Source of the DNA: Paraspadella gotoi
Lineage: Eukaryota; Animalia; Chaetognatha
Length of the DNA: 64,000 nt
Direction: 5' to 3'
Assembly: GCA_051294375.1 (NCBI GenBank)
Contig: CM119264.1
Location: 19,909,590 to 19,973,589, forward strand
Positions 25,667-38,740 of the stretch are shown here, piece by piece. Below the pieces are notes generated by a model. The model did not search any database. It was not told the DNA's origin and worked only from the letters and a program-made list of their open reading frames with translations. The stretch's first letter is position 1. Each line of letters begins with the position of its first letter. The position numbers were made by a program, and so were the translations under genes.

Positions 25667-26119
25667 AAGAAAGAAATAAATCCACGAAAATCTCGGATGA
25701 AAATATGGGATTTTGTATTGAAAAAAGCGCGGAATAAATGGCAATAATAAAAAGTTTTAGAAGGAAAAAAATAATCAGAATTTTTCAAAAAAACAAACGA
25801 TCACGCAAAAGATCGGACAGATAGGGACAGACACACAGAGAGACAGAGAGACAGAGAGAGAGAGAGAAAAGAGAAAGAGAGAGAGACAGCCGCTGCAGAG
25901 AAAAAGAGAAAGAGAAAGAACGATATATAATAATTAAAAAGAGAGAGAGAGAGAGAAGCTCTACAGCCCCTTTACTCGTTAAAGAATCAGCAGTACTTAT
26001 GGCGCCGCACGTAGCGTGAGCTATTCTCTACCCAAAGGACCGGGTTCGCGCCCTGTTCGTGGCATCGTTTTTTACATTAGTGAACCCACATTATATCTAA
26101 AAAAATTTTTGTAAAAAAA

Positions 26120-26150
<31 letters not shown>

Positions 26151-26690
26151 AAGAAGCTGGACAGACGCTGCAGAGCCGGAACTCGTTTTTAGAAGAAGCA
26201 GTGACGGAGAAAAAAGAGAGAGAGAGAGAGCGACATATAATTAAAACGTTTTTGTTTTGTAAATAAAACATAAACAAATAACAATATTGATATGAAACAT
26301 GAGAATTTTTAAAGATCTTGATGATTAGAAGCCATATATGAAAATTCAACTCCTATGATATCACACTTTCAGAAGCCATGATTGCAAAAAAGCGAGACCG
26401 AAAGCTAACCGAAAAAAAATCGAGACAGGACGGGCTTTGCCCGCCTGGCTCGATAATAGAGGATATTTGTTTGTTTTGATAAAATGTAAATAAAACATTT
26501 AATAACTGTCCTGACTCAATTTTTAAGGACATCGATGATGACAAGCTGAATATAAATTATAATTAATCTATTAATTAATTAATTAATTTAATCTATTAAT
26601 TAATTAATTAATCTATTAATTAATTAATTAATTAATCAATTAATTAATTAATTATCGTAGGCAGATTCCGACATTGTTTGCTCAAAACTT
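23975..26690 (+). mobile_element. HINE, long composite copy with (AG)n tracts, a repeat of about 20 bp (25320-25530) and a tRNA-like insert
   Basis: 5' hairpin and 3' subTIR/stem-loop as in other copies. Confidence 0.75.
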
Positions 26691-26730
26691 TTATTTTTTT
26701 TCTAAAATTAATAAATACGTGATACTAAAG

Positions 26731-26947
26731 GTTTAGATGGTACCAAGTCAAATCTCCTAAATTTGTATCAGCAATACCAGATTATGATCTTCCAGAAAAA
26801 ATTGAGAAAAACCAAATGAAAAAAAACCAAATGAAGAAAAACAAAATAAAAATTTTCCTGTATCAGACAGGGAGAAAATTAAAAGCCCAAATGAAAAAGC
26901 TGAAAATATTTCCATTAGTTCAAAACCATATGCACCAAGAAAATCAG
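26731..26947 (+). CDS. 5'-truncated duplicate of exon 23628-23867 with two 1-bp deletions
   Basis: taaag|GT TTA GAT GGT ACC...; ends SKPYAPRKS G|gtaaaa as in the parent; 217 nt. Confidence 0.55.
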
Positions 26948-27585
26948 GTAAAATAAATATTATACTATCTGAAAGAGCAATATATTTCGTGAAATAATAT
27001 TATGTTTTATTACTCAAGATTATCTTTAAAATCCTTCAAAATTTTTCTTTTTATAAAGTCAGCGATACTAAAGGTTTTAATACAATTATTATATTTCAAA
27101 AAGAAATTTTTTAAAAATAAATTTGTAGGTAATCTGCTGTTTAAATGTAATTTATGTGGAATGCTAAAACTATAACATGAACATTAATTTCTATTATTCC
27201 TAAGAATTATATATTATCAAGACGCTAGTAAAAGATAGCAAATATGAACAAGTAATATTGTAATTTTTCATGAACAAAAGACTAATCAATAATAGAATTA
27301 TTTTTTCCATAAACATGAAAAAGATATAATTATTACAGTAGATAGAAAAATAATAGAAAAAAATGATCCCAGCATTTTTAAAAATTCAAAAATTTCAAAA
27401 ATTGGTTCTTCATACAATAGAGAGGAGCTCTCGAAAACAAAAATTTTATTTGAGATATGTCACAATGATATAACTATGTGCCTATTATTATTAAATACAA
27501 AAAATATTTTACTTATATTCTGAGTGGAATATCAGAAATGACAATATATTTGTAATAATACCCTTTTGATATTATAAATATCAAA

Positions 27586-28396
27586 ATCCCGACTCTATAA
27601 TTCACTTTGTCGGTCCGTCGGTCCGCCCCCTCAATATTGTCGGGCACTCACTTATATCATGTCAGAACATCGAATTATGATAAATTATACCAAAAAAAAA
27701 CGATGTCCGTCCGTCCGTCTGTCCGTCCGTCCATCCCACCTTAGCAAAAAACACCAATTACTCGTGATGAGATGAATGGATTGGAATGAAATTTTTTGTG
27801 TGGGTCGGGAAGTGTGTGATTGAGCTGGATATGAAGTTTCGATGGAATCGTCCAAATGGAAATGAGTTTAAATGGAAAAAAAAAATTTCACTATTTGAAC
27901 ACCAATTACTCACGAGTGGATGGGGCGATCGACTTGAAATTTTGTATTTGAGTAGAAAAGTGTGTGATTAAGCTGGAAATCAAGTTTCGATGGAATCGTT
28001 TGAGTGGAAATGAGTTTAAATAGAAAAAACAAAAAACCTGTTCCCTAATTGATTATGCTTCTTTTTCTTTTTATAGTAAATGTAAATGCAAGATGTATTA
28101 ATTAATCAAATAATTAATCAGTTAATTAATCAATTAGTAAATTAATTAATCAAATAATTAATCAGTTAATTAATCAATTAGTAAATTAATTAATCAATAA
28201 TTAATTAATCAGTCAATAAATTAAAACAAACATTTCTGATCAAATTAATTAATTAATTGCCTAATTAATTAAATAATTAACTTGAATAAATTAATTATTA
28301 ATTAAATAATTAATTAATTAACTTGAATTAATTATTAATTAATTAATTACCGATAATGATCGTGGGCAGATCCGACATTGTTTGCTCAAACTTGTT
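27586..28396 (+). mobile_element. HINE, slightly 5'-truncated
   Basis: CCCGACTCTATAATTCAC..., (GTCC)n, canonical 3' end. Confidence 0.8.
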
Positions 28397-28626
28397 TTGA
28401 TAGATGTTAAAAAGTTAAATGAAAAGTAAAAAACGTTTTTTTAAACTTTTAATGTCTTCAGTGCCAAAAATGGAAAAAAGTTTAAAATTTTTTTTAACTA
28501 TTTGACTGTGTATAGAAGCTATATTATGGTGAAATGTTTAATTAATTTTTAAGGCCGTATCATTAAAATATCATATAACATATTTTACAAAAGTTTTTTA
28601 ATTTTTTTTGCTAAATTAAATATGTT

Positions 28627-29984
28627 CATGGTAGGCCAGAGATGATGTTAAAGAAACAAAAAAGTGCCATCTCTGAAACCTATAAATTCTTAAAGTATAC
28701 CCATGAGACACTTAATGTGGTAGGTCAGTAAAATTCGATAGGGGCAGGTTTTATTTTAAATGCTAATTAAAATTTTTTGACTTTTACAATTTTTTGTTAT
28801 TGAATTATAAGTAAAAATCATAATTTAAAAAAAATATTAATCAATCAGTTTTTTCAAACAGATTATTTCTTATAAATAAAAGTACAAATATGTTCTCAAA
28901 ATGCAGTTCTACTTATTAGGCCTTAAAACAAATTTCTAAAAAAAACTGATATAAAATTATCATAAAAAAATAAATAATACAGATAATTAATTTTTTTAAA
29001 ATAATTATATGTTTTATTACTTATCAAAAAAAGTTATTTATAAAATTATATTATCATCAAAAGTGGAATCTAAACCAAGGAATCGAATCGTATTCTTATC
29101 GGAATCAAATGTTATAATAATAAATGTTATAATAATAGCTCACTTAATATTTGATATATATTATTAATAGACAAATGTGTAAAAATAATAACATACATAA
29201 TGCTTTAACTTTTAATATTTAATTAAAGTATATAATAATATTTTTAAAAATAGTTTTGTAATTTTCAAAATTTTTTATATTAAAATTATTATTAATTAAA
29301 AAAACTTATTTTGAAGCCTCATAAGTAGAACTTTATTTTGAAAGGTTACTACCACTATGAAAACATATCTGTATCTTATTTTTAAGAAATAATTTGTTCA
29401 AAAGTACTAATTGAAGAGACAGTAATTATTATTATGTGTTAATAATAGAACCGTTCAATATAAGCAGTCCCTGAGCTTCGGATCAGGCTGTAACACCGAG
29501 TTACAGGCGGGTTAAGCGCCCCGTCCCTCTTAACTGCCAGGCGACCACCGGGCTAGAACCCCGGACCTTTGGGTTGGGAGGCGAATGACTTGCCTCCAGC
29601 ACCAATGGCCGCTGATGAACGGTTGGTGGATTTTAGTCCACCATATAATTGATTAATCTTTTTGAAAACAAAAATTTAATTTTTACTTATATTTCAATAA
29701 CAAAAAGTAATAGAAAGTTGGGAGAGGTCTCAAATTAAAGTTTATGCTTTGTAGATAATGACATATAGATATAGACATTCAACTTGTAAGCATATTAACT
29801 AAACTACTTTAAAAATTTTATAAAAAGATTTAAAAAACTTTAATTAGCATTTAAAAAAAAATTCTCCCTTTATCGAATTTTACTGACCTACCACATTAAG
29901 TGTCTCATGGGTATACTTTAAGATTTTATAGGTTTCAGAGATGGCACTTTTTTGTTTCTTTGACATCCTCTCTGCCCTACCGTG
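28627..29984. mobile_element. Long-TIR (foldback-like) non-autonomous DNA element; truncated copy at about 39132-40140
   Basis: CA(T/C)GGTAGG.CAGAG..GATGT.AAAGAAACAAAAAAGTGCCATCTCTGAAACC... inverted over more than 130 bp at both ends. Confidence 0.8.
29460..29613 (-). mobile_element. tRNA-derived SINE fragment nested in the foldback element
   Basis: GC-rich island; reverse complement has A-box-like TGGTGCTGGAGG and B-box-like GGTTCTAGCCC with tRNA spacing. Confidence 0.55.
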
Positions 29985-30646
29985 TGTTCTTAAAAATGAA
30001 AAAATATTGTGTTGAAATTTTATGACATTATAAAGAAAAACGATTTCTGATACTGATACAGTCAAAATTTGTTTAAAGGGCTTGAATTTTATCATTTACA
30101 TATAAAAGGCAGTATATGTAAACGACATCTACTTTGGGAATAGATTTTGGCCTTAATTACAGTGTGTCTGTTAAGAAAAGCTTACTGCTCCTATACCAGA
30201 TCAAAAAACTTTAATTCATTATAATGAATATGCGCACAAGTATGAACCATTTTATAGGATACCTAAATTTTAAAAATTGAACAAAGCAAAGACATGTAGT
30301 TTTTATATAAAGCAATTGGTAAAACATTTTTTTCATTAATTTTTTAAAAAAATATTTAATATTTAATTAAAAAATTGTCCCAGCACCTTTTAGGCCATTT
30401 TTGGTTTTTAAGCTTAAAATACATTATACTAATTTAACGAAGTGAGACAAACGAGTTTAATCTCATTTTTTTATGCCAGAAAATATATCAGAAAATATAT
30501 CATTGAATATATTTTTCCTTTTTAGTTTATATGCATATTTGCATATTTACTTTAAAAAAATTTATGTTTACAAAATGACTAAAAACTGGCGTTTTGTTTT
30601 TAATCAAATATTTTTTCAACATGCTGAATATTTTGGATATTGACAG

Positions 30647-30874
30647 GTTCTGATGAATTACCGGATTTGAAACCAGAAAAAAAAATAGAGGAGCAAGATG
30701 TTAAATATGACTATATTCCAGATAATAAAATAGAAAAAGAGGCATTTCAAAAAGAATTAGTAATTTCAAATGGAGTTGAAAATGGTTCATCCCCACTTTT
30801 AAAAAAGATATTGGACAAGGATGAAAAAAATAAAAATCTTATAGTAACAGTTCAGAAAAAATTATCTCCAAAAG
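30647..30874 (+). CDS. Class B repeat exon
   Basis: tgacag|GT ... AAAG|gtaaaa; 228 nt, open. Confidence 0.85.
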
Positions 30875-31235
30875 GTAAAAAAGTAATACATATGTATGGG
30901 TTTCTTATTGTAATTAATTTAAAATGGTTAAATAAATATTGAGATAAAAAAATTTTATCCCTGGTATATCAATACATTAATATTAAAAGGTTTTTAATAT
31001 TGAAATTTATTTTTTTTAATTGAATGTTTCGTTTTAGTAAATTAGAAAAATATTTTGTTGAAGTCAAATTAAGCCATACTGCTTTAATAATCTGTAAGCA
31101 AACACATCATTACTGAACCAATACTAACTGCAATCAAAGAGGTACAAGTTACAGGTTTTGGGTCAGAAAGGGTGTAACTCACTGAAAGCTTTTAGCTGGG
31201 ACCAAAGTTCCAGTATGCAAGAGTAGACTGGCCAT

Positions 31236-31849
31236 TAGGGTGAAGTGAAAGTTTGGAATCAAAATTTAGCAGTTATATCTTGAAAACTATTATATTAGTG
31301 AATACTAATCTATAGTTATTTTTCTTTTTTTATAAATATAATAGCCCAGTCAGCTTATTTTGTATATAGTACTACCCTTATATAATGTTAAAATTTCAAA
31401 ATGGTTTTTTTTTAATTCTGAGAACAGATTCAGATTCCTTGTTAAAAGTTGATAAAAGAAAATATAAATCTTTTTAAAAAATTATGTCATTAAGTAGGTT
31501 AAAATTACAAAAAACTATATTTTTAAGCTCGAAATTAAAAATCAGTATCTTAAACATAGTTTTTTAGATTTTTGACCAACTTAATAAAATAATTTTTAAA
31601 AAAGAATTATACTTTCTTATATTAACTTTTTGTAAGGAATCCAAATCCGATCTTAAAATTTAAAAATTTGTATTTTGAAATTTTAGCCATTATATACTTA
31701 TTACTATATATAAATGTAGCTCACTGGTGCCCACTAATGTATAAAATTAAAAAAATAAATTCACCAAAGTATTTTTAATGGTTTTTATTTTCACGTTTTA
31801 TATGCTAAATTTTAATTTTCTAAAATTTTATCATTTTCACATCACTCTA
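31236..31849. mobile_element. hAT-like MITE (TAGGGTGA family); other copies at about 37061-37632 (inverted) and about 60815-61366
   Basis: TIR TAGGGTGAAGTGAAA / TTTCACATCACTCTA; 8-bp TSD CTGGCCAT. Confidence 0.88.
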
Positions 31850-31956
31850 CTGGCCATGGATTAAAAAAATCTTTAGAACCATAGAATCAGGAAGGACTTT
31901 TCACCTCTTAAATCATCAAAATATGCCAACATTTTTTAATAAATTACTCTTTTTAG

Positions 31957-32193
31957 CTCTTCCACAGAGCTTAGATGGTATAAAGTCCAAATCTCCGGAA
32001 TATGTATCCACTATACAAGATTATGATTTTCCAGAAATAAAAGAAGAGATAACATTAGAAAAATCAGAGAAAACACCCAAAGAATCAATGATTACTCCTG
32101 TACCAGATTGGGAGGAAATTAAAAACCCAACTAAAAAGGATGAAAAACATGAAAATATTCATGTAACAGATCAGAAAAAAATATCTCCAAAAG
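31957..32193 (+). CDS. Chimeric A/B exon (C1-like)
   Basis: tttag|CT ... AAAG|gtaaaa; 237 nt, open. Confidence 0.85.
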
Positions 32194-32454
32194 GTAAAAG
32201 AGCAAGATTAAAAAGACTAATATTTCTGTCTAAAACATACGTACGTGTTTCTTACCAAAATCATTTTTAAAATGGTTTAATAAAATGGTGTATTTTTACT
32301 TTAATATATTATAAATTTTTTAAAAAAATTATTAACTAAATTTAATTTTTTTTTACTGAACCAAAAGGTCCCAGGTTCTAACTATAATTAAAGAGGTCAG
32401 AAAGGGCTTAACTAACTAAAAGCTTAGAGCTGGAAGTTAAGTTTCAGCATGCAA

Positions 32455-34210
32455 GGTTCTACTTGATCAAGTTGGGCCCTGGCGATGTTGCCTGTACCAC
32501 CACTGACGACCTCGCCAGTGATAAAAGTAGCGAATATAATGAAAGGCGCAAGTTAGAGATAAGGCTTACGGCTGATGTTGAGGCACGGGGATCAACGCAT
32601 CACCTGCAGGCTTGGGGGAGAGGCACGGAGTTGAACGGGAGGTCCGGGTTAGGGTTGGGGAGAGGCCTGCAGTTGATGCGTCGAAGACGGTTAGGGTTAG
32701 AGTTGAGGCAAGACGTACGGGAGGCCCGGCCCCGGGTTAGGGTTAGGGGAAGAGGCATAGAGTTGAACGGAAGGCCAAGGTTAGGGTTGGGGTAGAGGCT
32801 CATTGTTGACGTGTCGAAGGCGGTTAGAGTTAGGGTCTCTGGTTAAAACTTGGCATATTGTGGGCCAGATCTGGCATAATTTCAGACCGTTTAGCCAGTA
32901 TAAAATGATCTGGCAGATAGCATACAATCTGGCATATTCAAAATGTGAAAAAAATTTAAGGTTTTTTGATCTACAGCATTGGACAGAGTATGAAAAACAC
33001 TTCCTTTGGCAATGTATTATGGAGATTATGCAGAATAAACAGACAGTAAACAAATACAATAAAATAGAATTTGATGTTGAGTTCTTGAAGATAAGTTGAA
33101 GAGTGATCTCGTTCCCTCTCCTCTTTCCCTGCCGTCGGTTTCCTGAGGGAAGCCTCCCCTCTGATTGGTCAATCAGAAGAAAAAACGGAAAAACCAAGAG
33201 AGGCAAACCATTTGGTCTATCAAATCCCTCTACTGGTCCATTTCCTGCGATGTTACCCCCCCTCCTATTGAGAATATGGTCGAACATTCTTCTTAGCCCC
33301 AGTCTCTGTTTCTCCATCTGCTATGTCTGCATGATAACCCCTTGTCAAGCTCATAAGTGAGGAGTGAAAGGCTGTGGGTCAGTTGAGGTCCACCATGGGA
33401 GGTATTGTCTAGTTCTGCAGTGGCCATCGTGACATGAGGGATTCACCCTGTCAATCTGTTTATATAACATGTGGTGTTTTCTAAACTTTGTGAACGGATG
33501 TTGCTTGGTATACAAAGTTTGCGAATTTCGATGGATTGAAGGCGGTTTGATTTTGAGATCCATCAGTTTGGGGATGATTGTTACAGAATCTTCTTGGTTT
33601 CTTTGTTCTTCCTCTTTCTTATGCTGCTTGTAACTAAAGTTTTTAAGGATTGTCACTTTAGTATTAAGTTTTCTCAGTTGGTCCTCAATGGAATGAATTT
33701 TAGCCTCAAGCTTTGCACTGGGAAGAGACATTGGGTTGTTGCTGTAGGTTGTTTCCATTTTGTTGTTTTTGATTACAACTGTTGCTTCATTGATATGACT
33801 GTGGTTGAGTTTTTCTTCTTTGTAAGTATGCTTGTTGCCTTGATTGATCTCATATTTTTTTCATGTGCAAGGCCTGCTCGATCATTTTGGTATGGATTAG
33901 AAATTGAAACTAGAGTATCTGAAAGAGTTTTGATCAAATGGGAAAAGTCTGGTATAATTTGAAGAGTTTTGCTTTGGGTTTCCTCAGTTTGTGTTGCAAT
34001 TGTATTGCTATTATTGCAATTGTATTGCTATTATTGCTATTGCTATTATTGCATACTAAAAAAAACTCTAGCCATTTTTAGCATAATTTAGGGCGCTATC
34101 TGACACACGTTTTTTCTGCAGAGTTTTAACCAGAGGTTAGGGTTGAGGCACGGAATTGTACGGGAGGGGTTTGGGTGAGTGTTGAGGGTTAAACGGGAGG
34201 AGTTAAATGG
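32455..34210. mobile_element. TTAGGG-containing insertion with a nested TIR element
   Basis: Interrupts the conserved intron unit; GC-rich, with GGTTAG(GG) tracts and a repeated GAGTTGAACGG(G/A)AGG motif on both sides of 32837-34135. Confidence 0.6.
32837..34135. mobile_element. Unclassified TIR element with internal cargo (ORF 33351-33758, - strand)
   Basis: Perfect 14-bp TIR CTCTGGTTAAAACT; 8-bp TSD GTTAGGGT. Confidence 0.85.
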
Positions 34211-34266
34211 GAGTAGATTTACTCATCAAAATATGCTAACATTTTTTACTAAATTACTCTTTTTAG

Positions 34267-34527
34267 CTCATCCACAGAGCTTAGATGGTATAGAGTCTAA
34301 AGCTCCAGAATATGTATCGACAATACCAGAATATTGTTTTCCTGAAATTATAGAAGAGACAACAATAGAAAAATTAGAAGAAACAAAAAGCCAATTAAAA
34401 CAAAATAAAATCTCATCAATGATTAATGAAGAACCAGACTGGGAGGGAATTAAAAACACAAATGAAAAAGCTGAAAAAAGAGTTAAAAATCTTAATGTAA
34501 CAGATCAGAAAAAAATATATCCAAAAG
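34267..34527 (+). CDS. Chimeric A/B exon (C2-like)
   Basis: tttag|CT ... AAAG|gtaaaa; 261 nt, open. Confidence 0.85.
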
Positions 34528-34570
34528 GTAAAAGAGCAAGATTAAAAACCTAATATTTCTCTCTAAAACA

Positions 34571-35465
34571 TACCCTGTGACCCAGAATGGATGGCACTAA
34601 TAAAATCGCTGCCATTCTTATATGTATTAAGGTATATTCACCCGGATTGTTTTTAGGGAGAAAAGTCATTGACGATTTATGTGTATCAATTTCAATTTAA
34701 GAACCTACTGTTTGTTTACTGTGAAAAATTGAAATTTTATGAAGCATATTGAAAACGAAAAATCGTTGGTTTGAATCTTCCACCAAATGTATACACGTTA
34801 ATGGGAACCAGAAGTACTAATTTTTCAAAAAAAAAAGTTTTCGCTGCCTAGGATCAGGAAATTTATGCATTCAGTTTCACCAAATATAAGGAATCTCGGT
34901 TGGTGAAAAATTCTCAGATTTTGAAAATACACCAGCGGCAGCGTGTGGAAAGGTTCACCCAGGATAACCGGAGGCTCCTAAATTCATATTTTGAAGGAGA
35001 AGGGCTTACCAGAGGCTGAACTAACCACCTTTGTACTAAAAGATGGTTGTGGCAGTGTGGTACGCCAATATGATTAAAAAAATGGAATAAACCTCACAAC
35101 AACAAATGCTGCAAAACTAACCTAGACATCTTTTTTGTACTGGGTAACATTAATTAGATGTGTTGGCAAAACCCCAAGTCATAAACTGCGCTGAGTCAGA
35201 TTGTAGAAGCAAATATGCAGCAGATTACTGGCGACATTATTTTCCCAATCTTAATTAATTTTAGGAATCAGATTTTTGTCTCTTACAAAAGGAGAACATT
35301 ATGAGCAATTTGTGCATACACTAAATCAGTTTTGCATAAATCTGGTACTTTTTTAAAAACGTTAAGGACTTTTCTATCAAATGACATAATAAGTATATTT
35401 AAATATAAGTAGTTTTGGTGGAATAAATTTTTACTTTGTGCCATCCATTCTGGGACATGAGTGTA
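34571..35465. mobile_element. Tc1/mariner-like non-autonomous element
   Basis: TA-C.CT.TG.CCCAGAATGGATGGCAC inverted termini, TA flanks. Confidence 0.8.
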
Positions 35466-35468
35466 TGT

Positions 35469-36033
35469 TAGAGCGTAGTAGAAGTTACTTACGAAAATTC
35501 TATAAGTAAATTATGAACAGTAATTTGTAAAAAAAATCATTTTATGTTATTTAATTTTCGCAGTAGGCTATGTTTATATATAGTACTATCTTTCCAAGAG
35601 AGAAGAAAGTTTTTTGCGTAAAAACAATTAATTTTATTTTTAGCAATAAAATCGGACATGTTTCGACTCGATTTTCGAGCCTTCATCAGCGTTTGAAATA
35701 ACAAATTTGGTTTTCATAAACAATAAATTTGTGAGAGAGAGAGAGAGATAGAGACAAAGGGAGAGAGAGAGAGAGATAAAAGTTTTCAACAAAAAATTGA
35801 GTAAAGGATGCTGGTCAGATGTAAGGACAAGTGAAGTTGAGGGTAGGAAAGAATATTTGAAAAATAAATTTGAAATTGGTGAAAAGGGGAGAGAGTGATA
35901 GAGAGAGAGAGAGCCAGAAAAATAATAATTCATAACTTTTTTTTATACATAAATGTTAATTAATGTAATATTGTTTGTTCCTTACTTTTAAAATTTTAAT
36001 TAAAGGTAAATTTAGAATTTTTACTACGCTTTA
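35469..36033. mobile_element. Internally deleted hAT-like MITE containing a PLE 3'-end insertion (about 35595-35935)
   Basis: TAGAGCGTAGTAGAAG ... TTACTACGCTTTA termini related to the 49073 element. Confidence 0.65.
35650..35694 (-). ncRNA. Minimal type-I hammerhead ribozyme, family 1
   Basis: Reverse complement aaacg-CTGATGA-a-GGCTCG(aaaat)CGAGTC-GAAACATGTC-cgatt. Confidence 0.8.
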
Positions 36034-36739
36034 AGGTACGTGTTTCTTACTGAAATCATTTTTAAAATGGTTTAATAAATATTTAGATAATTGGTTTTAA
36101 ATTTATGGTATATTATTTCTTTATTTTTATATCAAATTTTTTTAGAAAATTATCAACTAAATTTAATTTCTCTTAAAAGAAAATTTATTTATTGTAAATT
36201 TATTTATTGTAAATTAGAAGAAAAGAAGTAAATATGAATAATATGTGGGCAAACACATCATTACCAAAAGGTCCCAGGTTCTAACTGCAATTCGAGAGGT
36301 AAGAACTATTGGGTTTGGGTCAGAAAAGGATATTTTCACTGAAAGCTTAAAGCTGAGACCAAAGTTTCAGGATACAAGGTGAGACAGGTTATAGATTAAA
36401 AAATATTGAGGACCATAAAATTAGGAAGGACTTGTCCCCTCTTAGGAACTTTTTTTATACTTAGGTTTTTGCACTATTTTTCACTTTATTAAGTCAAATT
36501 TTGTTTGTAAAATAATATAAATAAATATAACTACATTTATAAAAGCAATCTAATATAAAAGTTTAAAAATTATTATGGTAGAAGAAGTCAATGCATTCAA
36601 AGAGAAACAAACTATTTTAGAAATACTTACCTTAAAATAATGAAACCAATTTAAAAATGAAATATATTATTAAAAGGTATCAAATTGTAAATTCAGTCAT
36701 AAAAATATATTAACATTTTAACTAAATAACTCTTTTTAG

Positions 36740-37009
36740 CTCTTCCACAGAGCTTAGATGGTATAAAGTCCAAATCTCCGGAATATGTATCCACTGTGCC
36801 AGATTTTGGTTTTCCAGAAATAAGAGAAGGGAGAAAATTAGGAAACTTAAAGGAAACACCAAGTGAAGTAAAAAATAATAAAAACTCATCAATGATTACT
36901 CCAGTACCAGAGTGGGAGGAAATTAAAAACCCATTTGAAAAGGCTGAAAAAAAAGATGAAAAACCTGAAAATATTCATGTAACAGATCAGAAAAAAATAT
37001 CTTCAAAAG
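36740..37009 (+). CDS. Chimeric exon C1
   Basis: AG/GT boundaries, 270 nt, open. Confidence 0.87.
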
Positions 37010-38740
37010 GTAAAAGAGCAAGATTAAAAAAAATAATATTTTTCTTTAAAACATATGTACTAGAGTGATGTGAAAATGATAAAATTTAGAAAATTAAAAC
37101 ATAAAAACCAATAAAAATACTTTGGTAAATTTATTTTTTAATTTTATACATTAGTGGGCACCAGTGAGCTATATTTTTATATAATAATAAGTATTTAATT
37201 TCAAAATGCAAAATTTTAAATTTTTAAATTTTAAGATCCGATTTGGATTCTTTGCAAAAAGTTGATACAAGAAAGCACAATGCTTTTTTAAAAATTCTTT
37301 CATTAAGTTAGATAAAAATATAAACTATATTTAAGATACCGATTTTCAATTTCCAGCTTAAAAATATAGTTTTTTATAATTTTAACCTACTTAATAACAT
37401 AATTTTTAAAAAAGCTTTATATTTTCTTATATCAACGTTTAACAAGAAATCTGAATCTGTTCTCAGAATTAAAAAAAAAATTTTGAAATTTTGACATTAT
37501 ATAAGGGTAGTACTATAAAATAAGCTGACTGAGCTAATATATTTTTAAAAAAAAAAAATAATTACAGAAAAGTATTCACTTATATGATAGTTTTTAAGAT
37601 ATAACTGCTAAATTTTGATTCTAAACTTTTACTTGTATGTATGTGTTTCTTACCGTAATAATTTTTAAAATGGTTTAATAAATATTAAGATCAATTTTTT
37701 TTTATTTTTGGTATTTCTTCAATTTCATATTAAATTAATAAATTAATAACACATCATTACTGAACTAAAAGGTTCCAGGTTCTAACTGCAATCAAAGAGG
37801 TAAGAACTATAAGTTTTGGGTCAGAAATAGCTATACTGAAAGCTTAGAGCTGGAACAAAAGTTTCAGAATGCAAGGGAAGATAGGTTACATATTAATAAA
37901 TCTTAGGCACCATACAATCAGGAAGGACTTGTCATCTCTCAGAGACATTTATACACTTTTTTTAGGTTTTTTGACTATTTTCGACTTTAATTAGTAAAGT
38001 TTTGTTTATAAAATAATATAATATATATTTGGATATTGGGATTAAAGAGCCGAAATCCATGAAGGGTATAGGTTCCCATCTGATGACCTTCTCATTGTAT
38101 AAACATAAAATATAAAACAATTATTTAAAAAAAAATATTTAAAAAATAAGATAAAGAAAAAATGTAATTTTCATTAAAGAACTTTCCCTAATGTGCATCT
38201 CAATCAGAACATACGATTCTACAAGGTAGCCTTATCCCTATTAGTAACTTATATAACTTCAGCCTCTTAGATATTATGATTTTTCATTAATGGCTTTCTA
38301 ATAAGAATGATATAGGATATCTATTAGAAAACTAGGACAGATTATAATCTAACCTTGTGTTGTATAGATGTTCCCTCTATTACCAGATGACAAAAATGAC
38401 TTCTCCTTCCCAAAATGGGTTATTAGATATAATGATAAGTATTTTTTTTTAAGAAAGCAATACATATATATATAATTAAAGAATATAGATTAAATAGTAA
38501 ATCCTTTATAAAATAAAAAAATAGAAAATAGTAAAACAAGAGATTTGAAAATTTTTATAACTACATTTATAAAAGCATTCTAACTTAAAAGTTTGAAAAA
38601 AGTTAAAAAAACATTTTTTTAGAATTACTTACCTTAATATAATAAAACTGATTGGGAAATGAAAAATATTTTTACTAAGTATCAAATCGTAGATACGCCC
38701 AAAAAATATGTCAACAATTTTACTAAATTACTCTTTTTAG

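Noticed and set aside
25006-25788. SLSLSL / ERERER ORFs (also 8787, 46989, 47747)
   Set aside because: (AG)n/(CT)n microsatellite artefacts
26000-26065. tRNA gene candidates (also 29540-29613 and 59560-59630)
   Set aside because: B-box-like GGTTC motifs are present, but no convincing cloverleaf, and at least the first two are nested in repeats; more likely SINE heads
32463-32803. GLGLG / PNPNP ORFs, or a true chromosome end
   Set aside because: Translations of short degenerate TTAGGG tracts inside an insertion; interstitial, not a telomere
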